Below, piece by piece: positions 11,540 through 25,800 of a stretch of 64,000 bases of DNA. Position 1 is the stretch's first letter, and the number at the start of each line of letters is the position of its first letter. The notes below the pieces were generated by a model. The model was given only the letters and a program-made list of their open reading frames with translations. It made no database searches and had not been told where the DNA came from. This DNA comes from Azolla caroliniana (lineage: Eukaryota; Plantae; Polypodiophyta): contig JBHGNT010000013.1 in the NCBI GenBank assembly GCA_043228905.1, positions 8,680,001-8,744,000 of the forward strand. Direction: 5' to 3'. A program made the translations under genes and the position numbers.

Positions 11540-14300
11540 TTTGTTTTCTAAAAGCCTATACACATAATCGCAATCATTTTGTCTTGCATGAAAAATACCT
11601 TCGATGTAGAATGTCCCGACAAATACAAAATTTCCCCTGGCATCTACATATTCTGAGTTGCACATTGTTTACAAACCGTGCACTTCTATATGTAGAAATC
11701 AACACCCTTCGAATTGTCTTCGTCTGCATTTACAACGAAATTATCCCCAACGTTTATGACATCACTTAGAGTATCTCCACGGCCTTGATATGTGAAATCA
11801 ACATTGTTTTCTATTTCTCCATCCGCTCGGTCCTTTTCATTCAATCTATGGTACTCCCAATTCTGAATATATGCTTTGTTTAAACATTACCTCCAATTTC
11901 CCTCCACACAATGGAAGCAAAAACAAGTTAATTCTCTATCCACAATACAATGACCATCCAACCTAGAATAACCCCGAACAGCATGGAGAGATCGCAATTC
12001 GGGAATTCCTTGACACTCCCAGGTCTTCTCCCTATTTACTTCATCTATCTTCACTTCCCAAAATTCACGTTTGATATCTCAAACATGGGAGGAATAAACA
12101 CCAGTTGCACTCGTTGACATATTAGTTCTTAAAAATTCGACTGCATGTGCTGCACAATTTATATGCACACTATGAGCCTTTAGTTGTTCATGGGTAAGTG
12201 CCCACTTTATAACTACACCTGCTCCATCATGTTCACCGTTACCGTGGCCAGACCCAAAAAAAATCCATCTCATCTTCAAACCTATTACAAAAGGATATCT
12301 CCCAACAAAATAAAATGGACGTCAAGCCTTGAATTGTGACACAGCTCCGTCAGACCAAACCCAATGTTGAGTAAGCTCTAGACGTTGACATAATAACCAT
12401 TGCCAATGTAACATAAAACAGTGTTGGACAAACAAGGTATCATGTTTTTTATCATCAGAAATAAAAAAATGAAATACTTTCTTAACATCACCTGAAACTC
12501 GAAAATATGTTATGTGCACAAAAATGGTTACTTGCATTGAACACCAATGCATGGATTGAGTTTCATTGTACTGCTTGAAAGTATAATTCTCTGCGAAATC
12601 TACTACTAAGTCTACTACATCATTTGGAAAATCTGATATGCAAGTCTTAAACTGATGGGCCTGCCATGAATAAATGAAGTTGTGTTTAATGAACTTTCCT
12701 AGAGATACTACAAATAAAGACGCCAAATCCCTTAGTTTAAGAAACTTCCTAACTAGATCCTTTCTTTTACACACCTTTCCTTTGAAATTGGTGTCCACAA
12801 ACTCAAATAACTTGACAAAGGTTAATATTTCATTACTCAACTCGTTTGGACACCACCTAAATCTACTAAGGCCACAATCTTGACATAAACCCATGACACA
12901 TTTATGACTCTAGAAGATAGCCTCAGATTCTCTCAGACACAATATTGAATCTAAAAGACCACTCATGGAAGAGATAACACGCTCTGATAATTTACAGTGC
13001 TTTTGCAGGCTAGATCAACAAATTGAGCACTCACAAGTGTAGATTGCATCCTCTAGGGAGGAGCTATGGTGACGTAGTAGATTAATAGAGTCCTTGAGAA
13101 AACCCATTTGTACATGGTAAATGCAACAACATGTATATCGATCCTTTAAGCGTCTCACAATGTGTGGCTTAAGATACTCGAATGTTCGTAGTTGAACTTT
13201 GATATTTGGATGCATTCGCCTGAACCTAATAAATCAATCAACCTGCGTAATAAAAAGGGAGTCCGGTGAGTATAAAAAATGTGCCCTAACGTAGCTATTG
13301 CCAGTAGCTAATTAGCTATTAAGAGTAGCTAATTAGCTATTGACAGTAGCTAATTAGCTACCTTAATAGCTAATTAGCTCCTCACATAGCTAACTAGCTA
13401 TTGCCATTAGCTAATTAGCTATTAAGGTAGCTATGGTCAATGTATTCTGAGGTAGCTAAATAGCTATTTTGGTAGCTAATTAGCTATGGTCATATTATGA
13501 GATAGCTAATTAACTATCGTGGAAGCTAATTAGCTGATAATAGCTAAGTTAGCTATGTCAATCGCTATTTAGCTATTACCAGTAGCTAGTTAGCTATGGT
13601 CATATTCTGAGGTAGCTAATTAGCTAACTATCTAAGCTTAAAAATTAAAACAAAACTTGACATAAATGTAAATACCTGAGGTACATCAAGAAGATGAATG
13701 GGATGCTCCTTGTATTGACTCCTTTCAACATGTTTCCTGCATAAATCCTTTTTATTGGGTGAAACCCTATTCTCATTAGTCCAAAATATGGTGATTATAT
13801 CCTTGATTTCTGATGTTATGGGTGTCATTGGCTTACATCTTGTTGTTAGCTTGAGCAGATTAATTCCTTCACCACTTGAAATTATCTAGTTCATTATATT
13901 GTACATAGGTTTTCTACTAACACCAATTACCTTAGATAGCACACTGATGTTAAGATCGTCAACATCACTATTAAGTAACATCATTAGACTAGACCTTTTT
14001 AAGACACGATCATCTTCTGACTTGCTCATGGATACGAAACTATTACGTAGATTATTTCCTAGTACATATGTTATCTTTGCATTAAGACCATCACAATCAA
14101 TTAACTCCTTTATCGATGGATCATTTAATATTCCATAAAATACTACCTTCTTGTCTTCATTGCTGATGTGCTTGGTCTGAATATTGAAATAGTCTACAAC
14201 CTTTCTCTCTATCATAGTAATCTCATTACTTCCATTCTTAGTGGTATTTAGACCTATATCACAACCAATGTTATCCTTACCTTAGTGAATGTGGCTTTCG
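11540..14300 (-). pseudogene. Decayed Sola2-like DDE transposase with a GT-AG intron (13243-13675)
   Basis: Motifs in order: RYTCCCIYH; VDFAENY..TQSMHW; ISDDKKHD; WSDGAVSQFK; FFGSGHGNGEHDGAG; RSLH..RELTCFCFHC. This matches the Sola2 motif series as I recall it. No TIRs found and limits are approximate. Confidence 0.65.
13290..13630. repeat. Degenerate tandem array of the palindrome TAGCTAATTAGCTA, inside the transposase intron
   Basis: Repeated AGCTAATTAGCT variants at roughly 20-25-bp spacing. Confidence 0.9.
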
Positions 14301-14829
14301 TATCCTTCAACAATTGATGACGTTTCCTTTTCATTTCTACCCAATACTTTCGTATCGTTTGTTGTGTCCTAATAGCGTCAGCCCTATCCTGATGATCCAT
14401 GAGGGGTATTGGTAAACACGTAGCTAGTTACTAAACCACATGCAAACCGGTTATTCACAAGACCGATCCCACCATTAGTAAGTTTATGTTTGTTGCAGCG
14501 AAGTGAAATGGTGGCAATGGAGGAGTGAACTCCGTCGGATCAGACAATGGCAGATGATGCTTGGACGGCACAATGGTGGTAACTGAGTGTAGAATGGCGG
14601 CAATGGAGGACTGGACTCAATAGGGTTTAGGAATAGTGGCAGTAACCTAAGCCTGAATAATCACAACGTGATGTAGCAATGGATCATGCATAATGGACCT
14701 AGGAATTTGGTATATAATTTATGGTGCACATATCCATTTATGTTGCATGTTTATGTTGCACATTTATGGTGCTTATTTCTATAATTCAAACATTCTAATA
14801 TCTCATTCATGGTGCAAAAATGACTATTT

Positions 14830-17800
14830 ATCATCGGCATACCAAGTGCTTATTCCCTTTCTTGACAAACCTCTCCGGTTGTTGCATGTAGATCTCTTCT
14901 TTGAGGTCACCGTGTAGGAACGCTGTCTTGACTAGCTGCTCGACCTCGAGGTCCATGCTTGCCGCAATGCTCAACACAATCCGGATGGATGTCAACTTGA
15001 CTACTAGGGCAAAGATCTCGTCAAAATCCACTCCCTTTTTCTGCTGGAAGCCCTTCACCACGATCTGGGCTTTGTATCTCAGTGGATTTCCGGCGTCTCC
15101 CAGTTTCAGCTTGTACACCCACTTGTTTCAGAGCACTCTCTTTCCTTTCAGGAGCTCTGTCAAATCATGTGTGGTTCTCATGTAGGAAATCCATCTCATT
15201 CTACATAGCACTTAACCACTTGCGGTTGTGGGTGTCTTTCCTTGCTTCTTAGAAGCTTTCCGGATCCCCCTCGTTGGTCTGCAATACATGCTCTACATAC
15301 GGAAATCTATAGGGGGCTCTTCTCTCCCTAAGAGCATATCTTCTTCCTTGGTTCTCGACCATTGGTTCCTCTATCTGTTCTTCATCCAAATCAGATTCGG
15401 GGTCTTGTTCGGTTCCAGTGTCCAATTCTTCTTCTTTTTCTTCGGTCGATTCGGTTTCTTGTCCGAATCTGGCCGATTCTTCGAGTTTCATCCGGCTTCG
15501 GGCCGGATGAGTCCTTGTATCTTCTTGATCTTTGTCAGTCAACCTAGATTCCATTATCTTCTTCTCAGACTTCCAGGTGACAATGGTCTTGTCTTCCATG
15601 AAGACTATGTCTCGACTCCGGAACACCTTCTTGTCGACCAAGTCCCACACTCAAAAGCCGAACTCACCATCACCGTATCCAAGGAATATGCATGGTCGAG
15701 ACTTCGGATCCAATTTTTTTCTCTTGTCCTTTGCAACATGCACGTAGGCGAGGCAACCAAACACCTTCAAATGCCGGTAAGACACGTCTTCACTGGTCCG
15801 TACTCTTTGTGGTGTGTCTCCATCCAAGGGTGCTGACAGTGATCTATTTATTAGGTAATTCGTTGTCATCAACGCCTCAGCCCAAAACATCTTGGACAAC
15901 TTAGCATGTATCAGCATGCTCTGGACTCTCTCCATCACAATTCTGTTCTTCCTTTCGGCTAATCCGTTCAGCTCTGGTGTCTTCGGCACGGTGAATTCGA
16001 GCTGGATTCCCTTCGACCGGGAGTACTCCGCAAACTGCCCCCAATATTCTCCTCCATTGTCTACTCGAACCACCTTCAACTTTCAGCCGGTTTCCCTTTC
16101 CACTTTCGCGTGGAAGTTCTTGAAGACCGCCAGTATCTGGTCCTTCGTCTTTAGTGGTGAGACCCACAACTTCCGGTTGCGGTCGTCTATGAACGACATT
16201 TAGTACTGTGATCCGTCATGTGACTTCGTGTCCACTTGGCATACATCGGTATGCACAAAATCGAATGGTGCATTCCGTCTCATTGGTGGTCTTGACCGAA
16301 AGGAGGTTCGGTTTTGCTTTCCGGCCAAATAGTCAGTGCACTTCTAAAGCTACACGTCTTTCACCTCCAGAATGAGGTTATCTTCAACAAGTTTACACAT
16401 CCCTTTCTGGCTCATGTGGCACAACCTCTTGTGCCACAGCTCACCAGCATTGTAGGATGCCACATTCACTTCTTCCCGGCATATCCTGGCATGCATCCGG
16501 TACAACCTGTTTATCTTCCAGGCTCGAGCCACGATCAAGCTTTGTTTGCAAAACTTCATGTCTCCATTCTGGATACTACCCATGTAGCCCTCATCATCTA
16601 GCCTTCATCATCAGGTTCAACTGAACCTCCGAAACGTATCGTACATCTTTTAGTAGAAACTTGCATCCGGTTGATGTCGTCAAACACACATCCCCTATGC
16701 CGAAAATTCGGCATGTACCTTCATTCCCCATCTGGACACAACCGTAATCTCCAACTCTGTATGATGCGAAGCATTTCTAGTTGGGAGTCAGATGGAACGA
16801 CGCGCCAGAGTCGACCATCCACGTTGTTTCATCGTTGACAAGATGTAACTCACTCTCCTCAAAGATAAGCAACAATTCTTCTTCACTTCTCGCGATTTTC
16901 ATTGTTCCTTTTTGATCCGAACTCCTCTGGTCCAAACCCTTCTTCGAGTCGGCATTTTCGGTTCCTTTTTCCTTCCGGAAGTGTCAGCAATAATTCTAGA
17001 AATGCTCCAGCTTCCCACAAGAGAAACACATAGGACTCCCCTTGACTTTGACCTCACCCCTGACTTGTCCCGATTCTGGGGACTCCGATTCCACCCTCTT
17101 CTCGGGTTGTGGTCATCTTCCATAACCAAGGCCTTCGGATCAGTTCTGGACTCCCGGTCCTTCCTACAAGCTTCTTCATCCAGCAAGCTTGATTTCACCG
17201 TTGCTAGGGACAACTGTTTTCCTTCCGGCCCAACATTTCCCAAGGTGACAACTAGCATCTCCCAACTATCCGGGAGGGAACCAAGCAGCAGCAACGTGAG
17301 TACCTCGTCGGCTAGAGGTACTTCAAAATAGGTTGTTTGGTATATTAGCCCCTGGAATGCATTCATGTGCTCTGCCATGTTGGATCCGTCTTGGTATCAG
17401 AGTCTCACTAACTTCTAGAATACCGAAATCCGATTTACGGTGTTCTTGCTCTCCAGCATGGTGCCGATTTTCTCCCAGAGCACATGGGCCTTACCTTCTT
17501 CATTAAAGTTGTTGTACAGGCTCATGTCGATGAAGCATCAAATGTATGTCATCGTCCTCATGTGCATCACCTCCCAAGTCGCGACATTGATCTTGTCCGA
17601 TCTTTTGTCTCCAAACTGTACCGACAACTAGAGATCTTTAACCACCAACATGCCCCTCATCTTCGACTTCCACACTGGGTAGTTAGAACTAGTGAGCTTG
17701 AACATGCCGCTGAATGGATCTACCATGCTCTGATACCATATTGTGCAGAATAGCGCTTGGCCACAGCCGAGTCTCAAACTCACAATGGAAGAAATAAATA

Positions 17801-17890
17801 GAAAGTGAAGATTAGTGCACTTACATAGCATAGACAACAAAGAAATAAATAGAAAGTGAAGGGTTATAGAGTGTGGGTGAAGGCCGACTA
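14830..17890 (-). mobile_element. Copia-C: degenerate, truncated copia related to Copia-A (partial 5' LTR 17742-~17890, PBS 17727-17738, gag to RT start)
   Basis: GCTCTGATACCA on the + strand, ATG at 17726, and fragmentary ORFs collinear with Copia-A. Ends in RT at HLVCR. Confidence 0.85.
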
Positions 17891-18286
17891 CCTCCACCCA
17901 TCGTGGGTTACGAGCCATTTCTTTAGAGCTCTCGGGCTCTTGTTCGGCCGCTACCTTCATCGTGAAGGCATAATGATGGGCCATGTACTCGTTGTAGCTG
18001 AGCCAAGCGATGGGATTCTTCTCTTTAGAAGAGTGTCGAAGTTTTTCTCTCGCCGATGTTAGCGCCTTCTTTACTCTAGGTGTCCGCATGATGGGTACGC
18101 CAAACTCATTGTCTAGTGAGGGAGCCAACACATCTGAATCTCTGTCATCGGGGTGATCGAGTTCGTATTTGGGCATCTTTCCTTTGCCTTTGTCCAAGGT
18201 CGTACTTGGAATGCTTGAAGGCTCAAATGGGCTTGGATGGTCCTTTAGTGAAGGGCTTGGCCGAATATCATCCTCCGAGTTGATGT
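17890..18286 (-). pseudogene. pol: Copia-E fragment 3 (INT-RT linker, RT start)
   Basis: YNEYMAHHYAF..EPES..RWVE. Joins in frame to 29792-30001 once Copia-B is removed. Confidence 0.75.
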
Positions 18287-18709
18287 TGTTGAGCAGCAAG
18301 CTCAACCGGAGCCGGATCAGCTGAATAAGCCTTAGCCGGATTGGTGAGACGGATCGGCGAGCCGGCGAGCAATTGAGTCGGTGAGCTGGGGAGCCGGTTA
18401 ACTAGATCAAATAGTAATCGGAAGCCTATTACTAGCCTAGACTATTAGATAGTTAATAGTCTCGTAGTTAGTGTCAGACGCTTGAGTAAGCATTGAAGTA
18501 CACCGTACTTTTGTCAGTCTGTATGGACTTGTATAAAAGTGTTCATTGAACACATACGATGTACAAAGTTTGAGAGTTAATTTTTGAATATAGTTTTATG
18601 TTCTGCTCTTTCTTTGTCTCTCCCGCGTAATGTGTATATTCAAGCTCTCCATTAAACCTGCATTTCTGTTTGTCGGTTTTCTATTGCTTCCGCACGCTAT
18701 TCTTTTACA
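18287..18709 (+). repeat. Copia-B 5' LTR
   Basis: TGTTGAGC...TTTTACA, a diverged direct repeat of 29367-29791. Confidence 0.92.
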
Positions 18710-18793
18710 TGGTATCAGAGCGTGAGGATTGAGAACCTCTGCAGCCTACTTAGCTTGAAAGGAAAACCTATCGTGAAGAACAGTAAAAACAAA

Positions 18794-21700
18794 ATGGATA
18801 GAGGCATGGCTAGCTCGCTTGCGACGGAGAAGCTCGACAGAAACAACTACACGTCTTGGTCCTACAAGATGCACCAATACCTGCTCAGGCACGGTTACTG
18901 GAGCTATGTCGACTGTGCAAATGACACAGCACCCGATTCGACACACAAAGACTTCCTGGCTTGGGAACAGTCGGCAAGCAGAGTTCTCTACTGCTTTGCG
19001 TCTTGTGTGGGTGAACAGCTTCTGAGCTACATTCGGAATGCGAAAACGCCGAAGGATGCTTGGGGAAATCTGAAGAAGATTTTCGCCGCAAGCAAGACAG
19101 CCAGGAAGCTTCAACTCTGACAAGAGTTGAGCAACTCGCAACAACGGGATTTGTCGATGGCTGACTACACCTCGAAGATCAAAGATATATGCAACTCCTT
19201 AGCCTCCATCGATGTGAACATCAAGGAGGGTGAATGGTACAGATCTGTCTTGGGGGACTGGCGTTAAAATTCGGAGCGTTCTGAACTGCGATATGTAAAA
19301 GGGAGAATACCCCCTCATTTTTCGACTTACAGTGGATGCTCCTTATCGAGGAGAATCACACTGGTGTGTCAACAAGGGCACCCACCGACAATCGGATGAT
19401 ATACGCAGAGGTGGATCGGCCCCGTGGGCGTGGTGGACGAAGCAGGTCGGCTCGCAATGGTCTCAGCCGGCAAGAGCAGGACCGAAGGCACAGAGAACCT
19501 GCTGACAGAAGTTCCGGACCCTCCACAAGCAGGAGAGTCATGGCGGCGCCAGAGACCGGCAAGCAAAGGCCGACACGGAATGTTAGTACTATGGTAAACG
19601 AGGCCACAAAGAAGGTGAGTGCTGGAAGAAGTGCGCCGATTCGGACAGATCCAAATCCGGTAAAGCCGGCAGAGAGAATCGGCAATACTCGCACTACGCA
19701 GAAGGATCAAGAGGATCCAAAACCGGAAAAGCCAGTAAAGGGACAGCCTTGGTGATGAAACATAAGGCTAATTTGATGAAGAAGACCACTTCCAAATTGG
19801 AGGAAGTGTGGTACGTTGACTCCAGTTCGTCGAATCACATGACGAGCCACAAAGAGTGGTTCTCTTTCTTGGAGGAACCGGAACAACCGGGAGTCGTCAA
19901 AACCAGAGACAACACTCCTCACCCAATCGTGCATGTCGGAGAAGTCCCTTTGAGCCACGTCAGATAGAGAGGGAAGTTGATGAATGTATTACAAGTTCCA
20001 ACCATCACGAAGAACCTGGTGTCGGTTGGACAGATTGTCGACCAGGGGATACAGGTGCGGTTTACGCACCTCGGGTGCTTCATCAAGGAAGAGGGCCAAA
20101 TCATTACGCAAGGGCGCAGAGATGAGAGGATGTTTATCCTCAACATCAATGACGTCGGCACCGCTTTGTTCGCCAAAGGACAAAAGATTGAATCAGATAT
20201 TGATGTCTGGCATAAGCGGATCTGCCACGTCAATTACTGGAGGCTTCAAGACTTGCAAACGAAACAAGTTGTCTTCGGTTTGCCAAAGTTTAGTGGCCAG
20301 AAGGCCCAAGTATGTGAAGCCTGCCAGCTTGGGAAGCAACACCGGCTTCCATTTCCCACCGAACAAAACCGTAGTTGTAAAAAGCTCGACCTTATTCATT
20401 CGGATGTATGGGGACTGGCACAAAACGTGCGTCTTGGCCGGAGTCGATATTTCGTCTCCTTCATCGACGACTACAACCGACACAAATGGATCTACCTCGT
20501 TGAGCGGAAGAGCAAAGTCTTCGAGTGTTTCCGGAACTTGCAAAGACTGGTTGAATGGGAAACGAAGAGGAAGATCAAGTGCCTATGGTTGGATGGCGGG
20601 AAAGAATACTTTTCCGGCCAATTCAATAGTTATCTGCAGCAAAAAGGAATTCGGAGAGAGTTCAGATGCAGATACAGACCGGAGCAAAACGGTGTGGCCG
20701 AAAGGAAGAACCGGTCGATTGTCGACGCGGCAAGGGCAATGCTGGAGGAGAAGAGCATGCCCCATTTCTACTGGGCAGAGGCAGTCCGGACGGCCGTCTA
20801 CGTCCAAAACCGGATCGGTGACAAGGTGTCCGCGCATGAGCTGTATTTCGGGTGCGTATTTCGGGTGCAAGCCGAATTTGAGACACCTTCGGATATTCGG
20901 TAGCGTTGCATATGTGCATGTGCTGGATGAAAAGCAGAGGAAGTTGGATGCATCTTGGTCGCTTACTCACATGAGAAAAAGGGGTATAAGAGTTATAAGC
21001 CCCGGACGAAGCAAGTTCGAGTTAGTCGGGATGTTGAGTTTGATGAGACGGCATCATGGTATGCCTTACCAGCTCCGACTTCAGACCTTGACACGATATC
21101 GGAGGATGAGGCTAGTGAGCCTGAACTGGTCCAGATAGAAGATGAAGACCTCGCCACTCTAGAAAAGAGTCCGATCTCGTTTTGGTTGAGTGGACCGAAT
21201 GAGCGGCTGAGTTAGGATGACAAGTCGGATGAGGACCCGACGAGTAGTGGAGACTCTACCATGCTCTCCCCGCGCAAGGAACCGAGGAGACGGTTCACAC
21301 GCAAAGAGAAAGGGAAGAAGAAGATGTCGGGATACGAAACCGGCAACGTTGAGTCGGATCAGAGCGAATCTGACTCCCAAAAAGGCTGAAGGTGGATCTT
21401 CGGGAACAAAGTCTGAACCGGCCAAGAAGGGCCCCAAACTGGGTAATGATAAGTTACGCAGGTCTTCCCGCCAGAAGAACCCCGTGAAGCGATACGGGTA
21501 CAATGAGTACATAGCGCATCACTATGCGTACATGACCAAGGTGGCGGAAGTGCGTGAGCCGGAGAGCTACGTAGAAGCGGCAAAGGACGCAAATTGGCAT
21601 GCCGCTATGAAGCAAGAAATGCGGGCTCTCGATGCCAACGACACATGGGACCTAGTTGACCCTCCCCGACACTATAAACCGATCGGATGTAAGTGGGTGT

Positions 21701-22425
21701 ACAAGGTAAAGTACAATGCCGACGGTTCGGTTAACCGGTACAAGGCCCGGTTAGTGGCGAAGGGATACGCGCAGACCCACGGAATCGACTATGACGAGAG
21801 CTTCGCTCCGGTAGAGAAGATGACGACGGTTCGTGTGGTGCTAGTGGTTGTTGTGACAAGGGGGTGGCATCTGCACCAGATGGACGTGAAGAATGCATTT
21901 CTTCAAGGCGATCTTGAAGAAGAGGTCTTTATGACTCAACCCCCTAGTTTCCAGTCGGTGGTATGCCGGCTGAAGAAGTCACTTTATGGCTTAAAGCAAG
22001 CCCCCTGAGCTTGGAATACGAAGATCACACACCGATTGCGTAAGATGGGGTTTGCGGCCTCCAAGTCCGATTCTTCATTGTTCATCCGGCAAGGTCCAAT
22101 CGGTCCAGTCTGCATCTTGCTGTATGTTGATGATCTAGTCATCACCGGACCTGGACTCGATGAAATCGGCTAAGTCAAGCCCCAGCTATCGGATGCATTT
22201 CAGATGAAGGACCTGGGGGACCTTCACTATTTCCTTGGGATCGAGGTGATCCGAACCCCCGACGGCATATTGCTCTCACAGAGACACTATGTGTTGAATA
22301 TGCTATACAAGTTCGGCATGACGAAATGCTGACCTATCTCTACACCCTTGGACCGGAACCAGAAGCTCCGTCCTGACTCCGGACCGACCTGCGATGAGAA
22401 ACGGTTCCGACAAATCGTCGGAAGC
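18794..22425 (+). pseudogene. gag-pol: Copia-B gag-pol, 5' part
   Basis: [59 protein letters not shown] and LYVDDL. Confidence 0.9.
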
Positions 22426-22854
22426 TGTCAGGAATAGTACTAAAACAGAGATGGAATTAGTACTAAGAAGAGTAGTACTATTAGTACTAAGAGGACGGGA
22501 CTGCGTAAGATTCCCGAGAGAGAGGAAGTGAGAAGAGGAGAGAGAGAGGGAAATAGGATGATGACAGCAGCTCTTATATTATATGAAAGATAAGTACAAA
22601 TCGACTAAGAGGCTTAAGACTGGTGTTGAACCAATTTGGTTCAACATAATGCTTAGTGCCTTCTTTTATAGTGTTCTCAGGAATAATCCTGAAGTTTCTA
22701 GAATGTTCCAGAGAAATCTGGAATATACATTACTTTCTTATAATAAAACATAAATGAAAATAATATTCTATGAATTACAATAGATGGTGAGATGGTTAAG
22801 AGCTCGACCCATATACCATAAGGTCATGGGTTCGAGTCTTGCCATCTCATGACA
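22426..22854 (-). repeat. Chromovirus 3' LTR
   Basis: TGTCA...TGACA termini, adjacent to the PPT. Confidence 0.95.
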
Positions 22855-22865
22855 CTATCTCCCCC

Positions 22866-25800
22866 TTAAAGACGACGAGTGGAACGAGTCAGCGCTACTT
22901 GCGGACCGGGTTTGTCCGGATACTTTTGGTGGAAATCAGCAAGAAGATCTTGTGCATTGGCAACATTCTCGACGGGTTCCCAAGTACGTTCGCTCGGACT
23001 ATAACCGAGCCAATCGACCAAGTAATAGAGTTTGTTGCGAACAAGTTTGGAATCGAGGATGCAAGCAACTTCATACTCCGGGCCGGCGTCCAACTCCAGT
23101 GGGGGCGGCGGTGGTGTCACACGATCGGGAATGGTGTTTGCTTTATAAGGTTCAAGAAGAGAACAATGGAAAACCGGATGTATCTGAAGCTGCGGAGGGA
23201 GATCAAGGCGGAAGGTGACATCATTAATCTTCCCCGTAATACGGAAAGGACCGAGTCGTCGATAATCCAACTTGTCGCACGGTCGAGTAGTCTTGATGTG
23301 ACGACGTAAGAGCCATACTCGATCTCCGATGGCAAAAGAGGAGGGAATCCGATGACGATCCGCATAAGTCTTCTGTGTGTGTTGAGCATGACGAAGGTGA
23401 ATAGAGAGATCCATCTGGATCTTGCGTAGCCTCTCCAAATGATCCTCGGCACGAGGGTTGGTAGGTAGCTCCGGAGCGTCGATCACCGACCAGCGAGGAT
23501 GGAAACCGGTATAAGCGAAAAATGGGGAGACCCGAGTCGAGGAGTGAATAGCATTATTATACGCAAACTCCGCAAAGTGGAGAATCTCGGCCCAATCGTC
23601 CTGTTGATAACTCAGGAAACACCGGAGATATTGCTCCAGCGTTTGGTTTGTTCGTTCCGCCTGTCCGTCGGTCTGAGGATGGTAGCCGGAGGAGAGGTTG
23701 CAGGAGACCTTGAGCATCTTGAAGAGATGCTGCCAAAATTTGGAGACAAATTGCGGGCCTCGGTCACTGATAATACTGTTTGGGAGGCCATGATGCCGAA
23801 AAAACTCACGCATAACAAGAGCGGCGGTTTCCTCGCTAGTGATGGCTTTAGTACATGGCACAAAATGTGCCATCTTCGTATATCGATCGACGACGGTTAG
23901 GATAGCATCGAACCCTTTCGAGACCGGCAGATCTGTGATAAAATCAAGACAAATAGACTGCCATGGCTTACTTGGAATTGGTAAAGGTTCCAACAAGCCA
24001 TATGGATGGTGTCGTGGCATCTTTGCTCGGCAGCAAGCATCACAGGTCCGAACGTAGTCGTCGACAAAACGGCGCATGTGGGGCCACCAAAAAGATCGCT
24101 GCACTAGCTCCAACGTCTTAGTACTACCGAAATGTCCCGCCGTATGGGTGTCGTGACAATGTTGGACAATTTGAAGGCGACAGGAGCAATCGGGGACATA
24201 TACGCCTTTTTAAAGAATAACAAACCATCATGATATTCGAATTGTCGGTAGTCAATACCTGGTTGTTGAGACTGAGAACAGGATGCCCGAGAAGTATCAA
24301 TGTGCGCCAGGATGTCTTGAGCAAAACTATCCGTCTTCAAGGTTGGACGTATGTCATCGGTAATCCGTGAATCCATCGGGGTGTGAAAAATCCGCGTCGT
24401 GTGCAATCGTGTTGGTCCCAAGATTACTTGCTTTTGATTATCAAATGTTGCTTCACCAGGACGAGGTGCAAGATATGAACGTCGTGATAGTGCATCTGCT
24501 TTTCCTTGCTGCTTCCCCGGTCAATATGTGATTTTTGAAGTCGAAACGCGTGAGGAATTGCGCCCACCGAGCTTGCCGTCGATTTAGTACGCGAGCGTTC
24601 TGAAAATAAGCAAGATTTTTATGATCGCTGAAGACAATGACCTGATGTGGAGAGCCCTCTAAGAAATGCCGCCATTGTACAAATGAATCCACGATGGCTA
24701 ATAACTCCTTGTCATGTATTTCGTAGTTGATTTCTGCGACATCGAATTTGCGCGAATGGAAAGCCACCGGATGCAACTCTTCTTTATCACCTTGTTGAGA
24801 AAGGATGCTACCGAGGGCGAAATCTGATGTGTCGGCCTCCATGATGAATGGTTTGCTTGTATCCACATGAGCTAGAATCGGTGCTGATGTAAAGGCTTTC
24901 TTAAGATGCCGAAAAGCCATATCTGCTTCAATGGACCAAAGAAATGCTTGGCCCTTCTTCGTAAGTTGTGTGAGAGGTAAAATAATCTTCGAGTAATCCT
25001 GTATAAACTTACGGTAGAAGTTAGCAAAACCTAGAAAACATTGTACATCTTGTACCGACTGTGGAATTTGCCACTCTAGTACAGTTTGGATCTTAGCTGG
25101 ATCCATGGCGATGCCCTTTGAGGAGATGACGTAGCCTAGAAATTCCACTTGCTTGCAGTCAAAGCTACATTTTTCTAGCTTGGCATAAAGACCATTCTCG
25201 CGGAGTCGCTTTAGTACTAATAGTACATGAGAGTCGTGCTCTTCCTAGGTCTTCGAATAAATCAACAGATCATCCAGATAAATGATCAAACAGATATCCA
25301 AGAGGTCTCTGAATATATCATTTGCCATGTGTTGGAAGACTGCGGGTGCATTGGTTAGGCCAAACGGCATAACAGTATACTCAAAATGCCCATACCGCGT
25401 GCGAAAAGCGGTCTTCCACTCATCTCCCGGTCGGATCCGCACGAGATTATACGCTCCGCGTAGGTCGATTTTAGTAAAAAACTTGGCACCATTAACTCGC
25501 TCTAAAAGACTTGATATAAGAGGAAGTGCATACCTATTCCGGATGGTGACTTTATTTAATCCGCGGTAATCAACGACAAGACGAAGTGAGCCATCTTTCT
25601 TCTTGACAAAGAAGATGGGTGCACCGGCCGGAGATTTCGAATGACGGATGAACCCGCTTGCCAAGTTCTCCTCTATGTAGGCTCGAAGGACTTCTAACTC
25701 GGTGGCTGACAGGTTGTAAATTGGTCCCCATGGTGGCTCGGTTCCTGGTTGTAAATTGATGGGACAGTCATAGGGACGGTGATGAGGAAGGGTACCGGCT

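Noticed and set aside
11041-14830. Terminal inverted repeats for the Sola2-like element
   Set aside because: No convincing inverted match between the candidate ends.
22782-22848. Functional tRNA gene
   Set aside because: Anticodon and T stems do not pair properly; kept only as a tRNA-like module.
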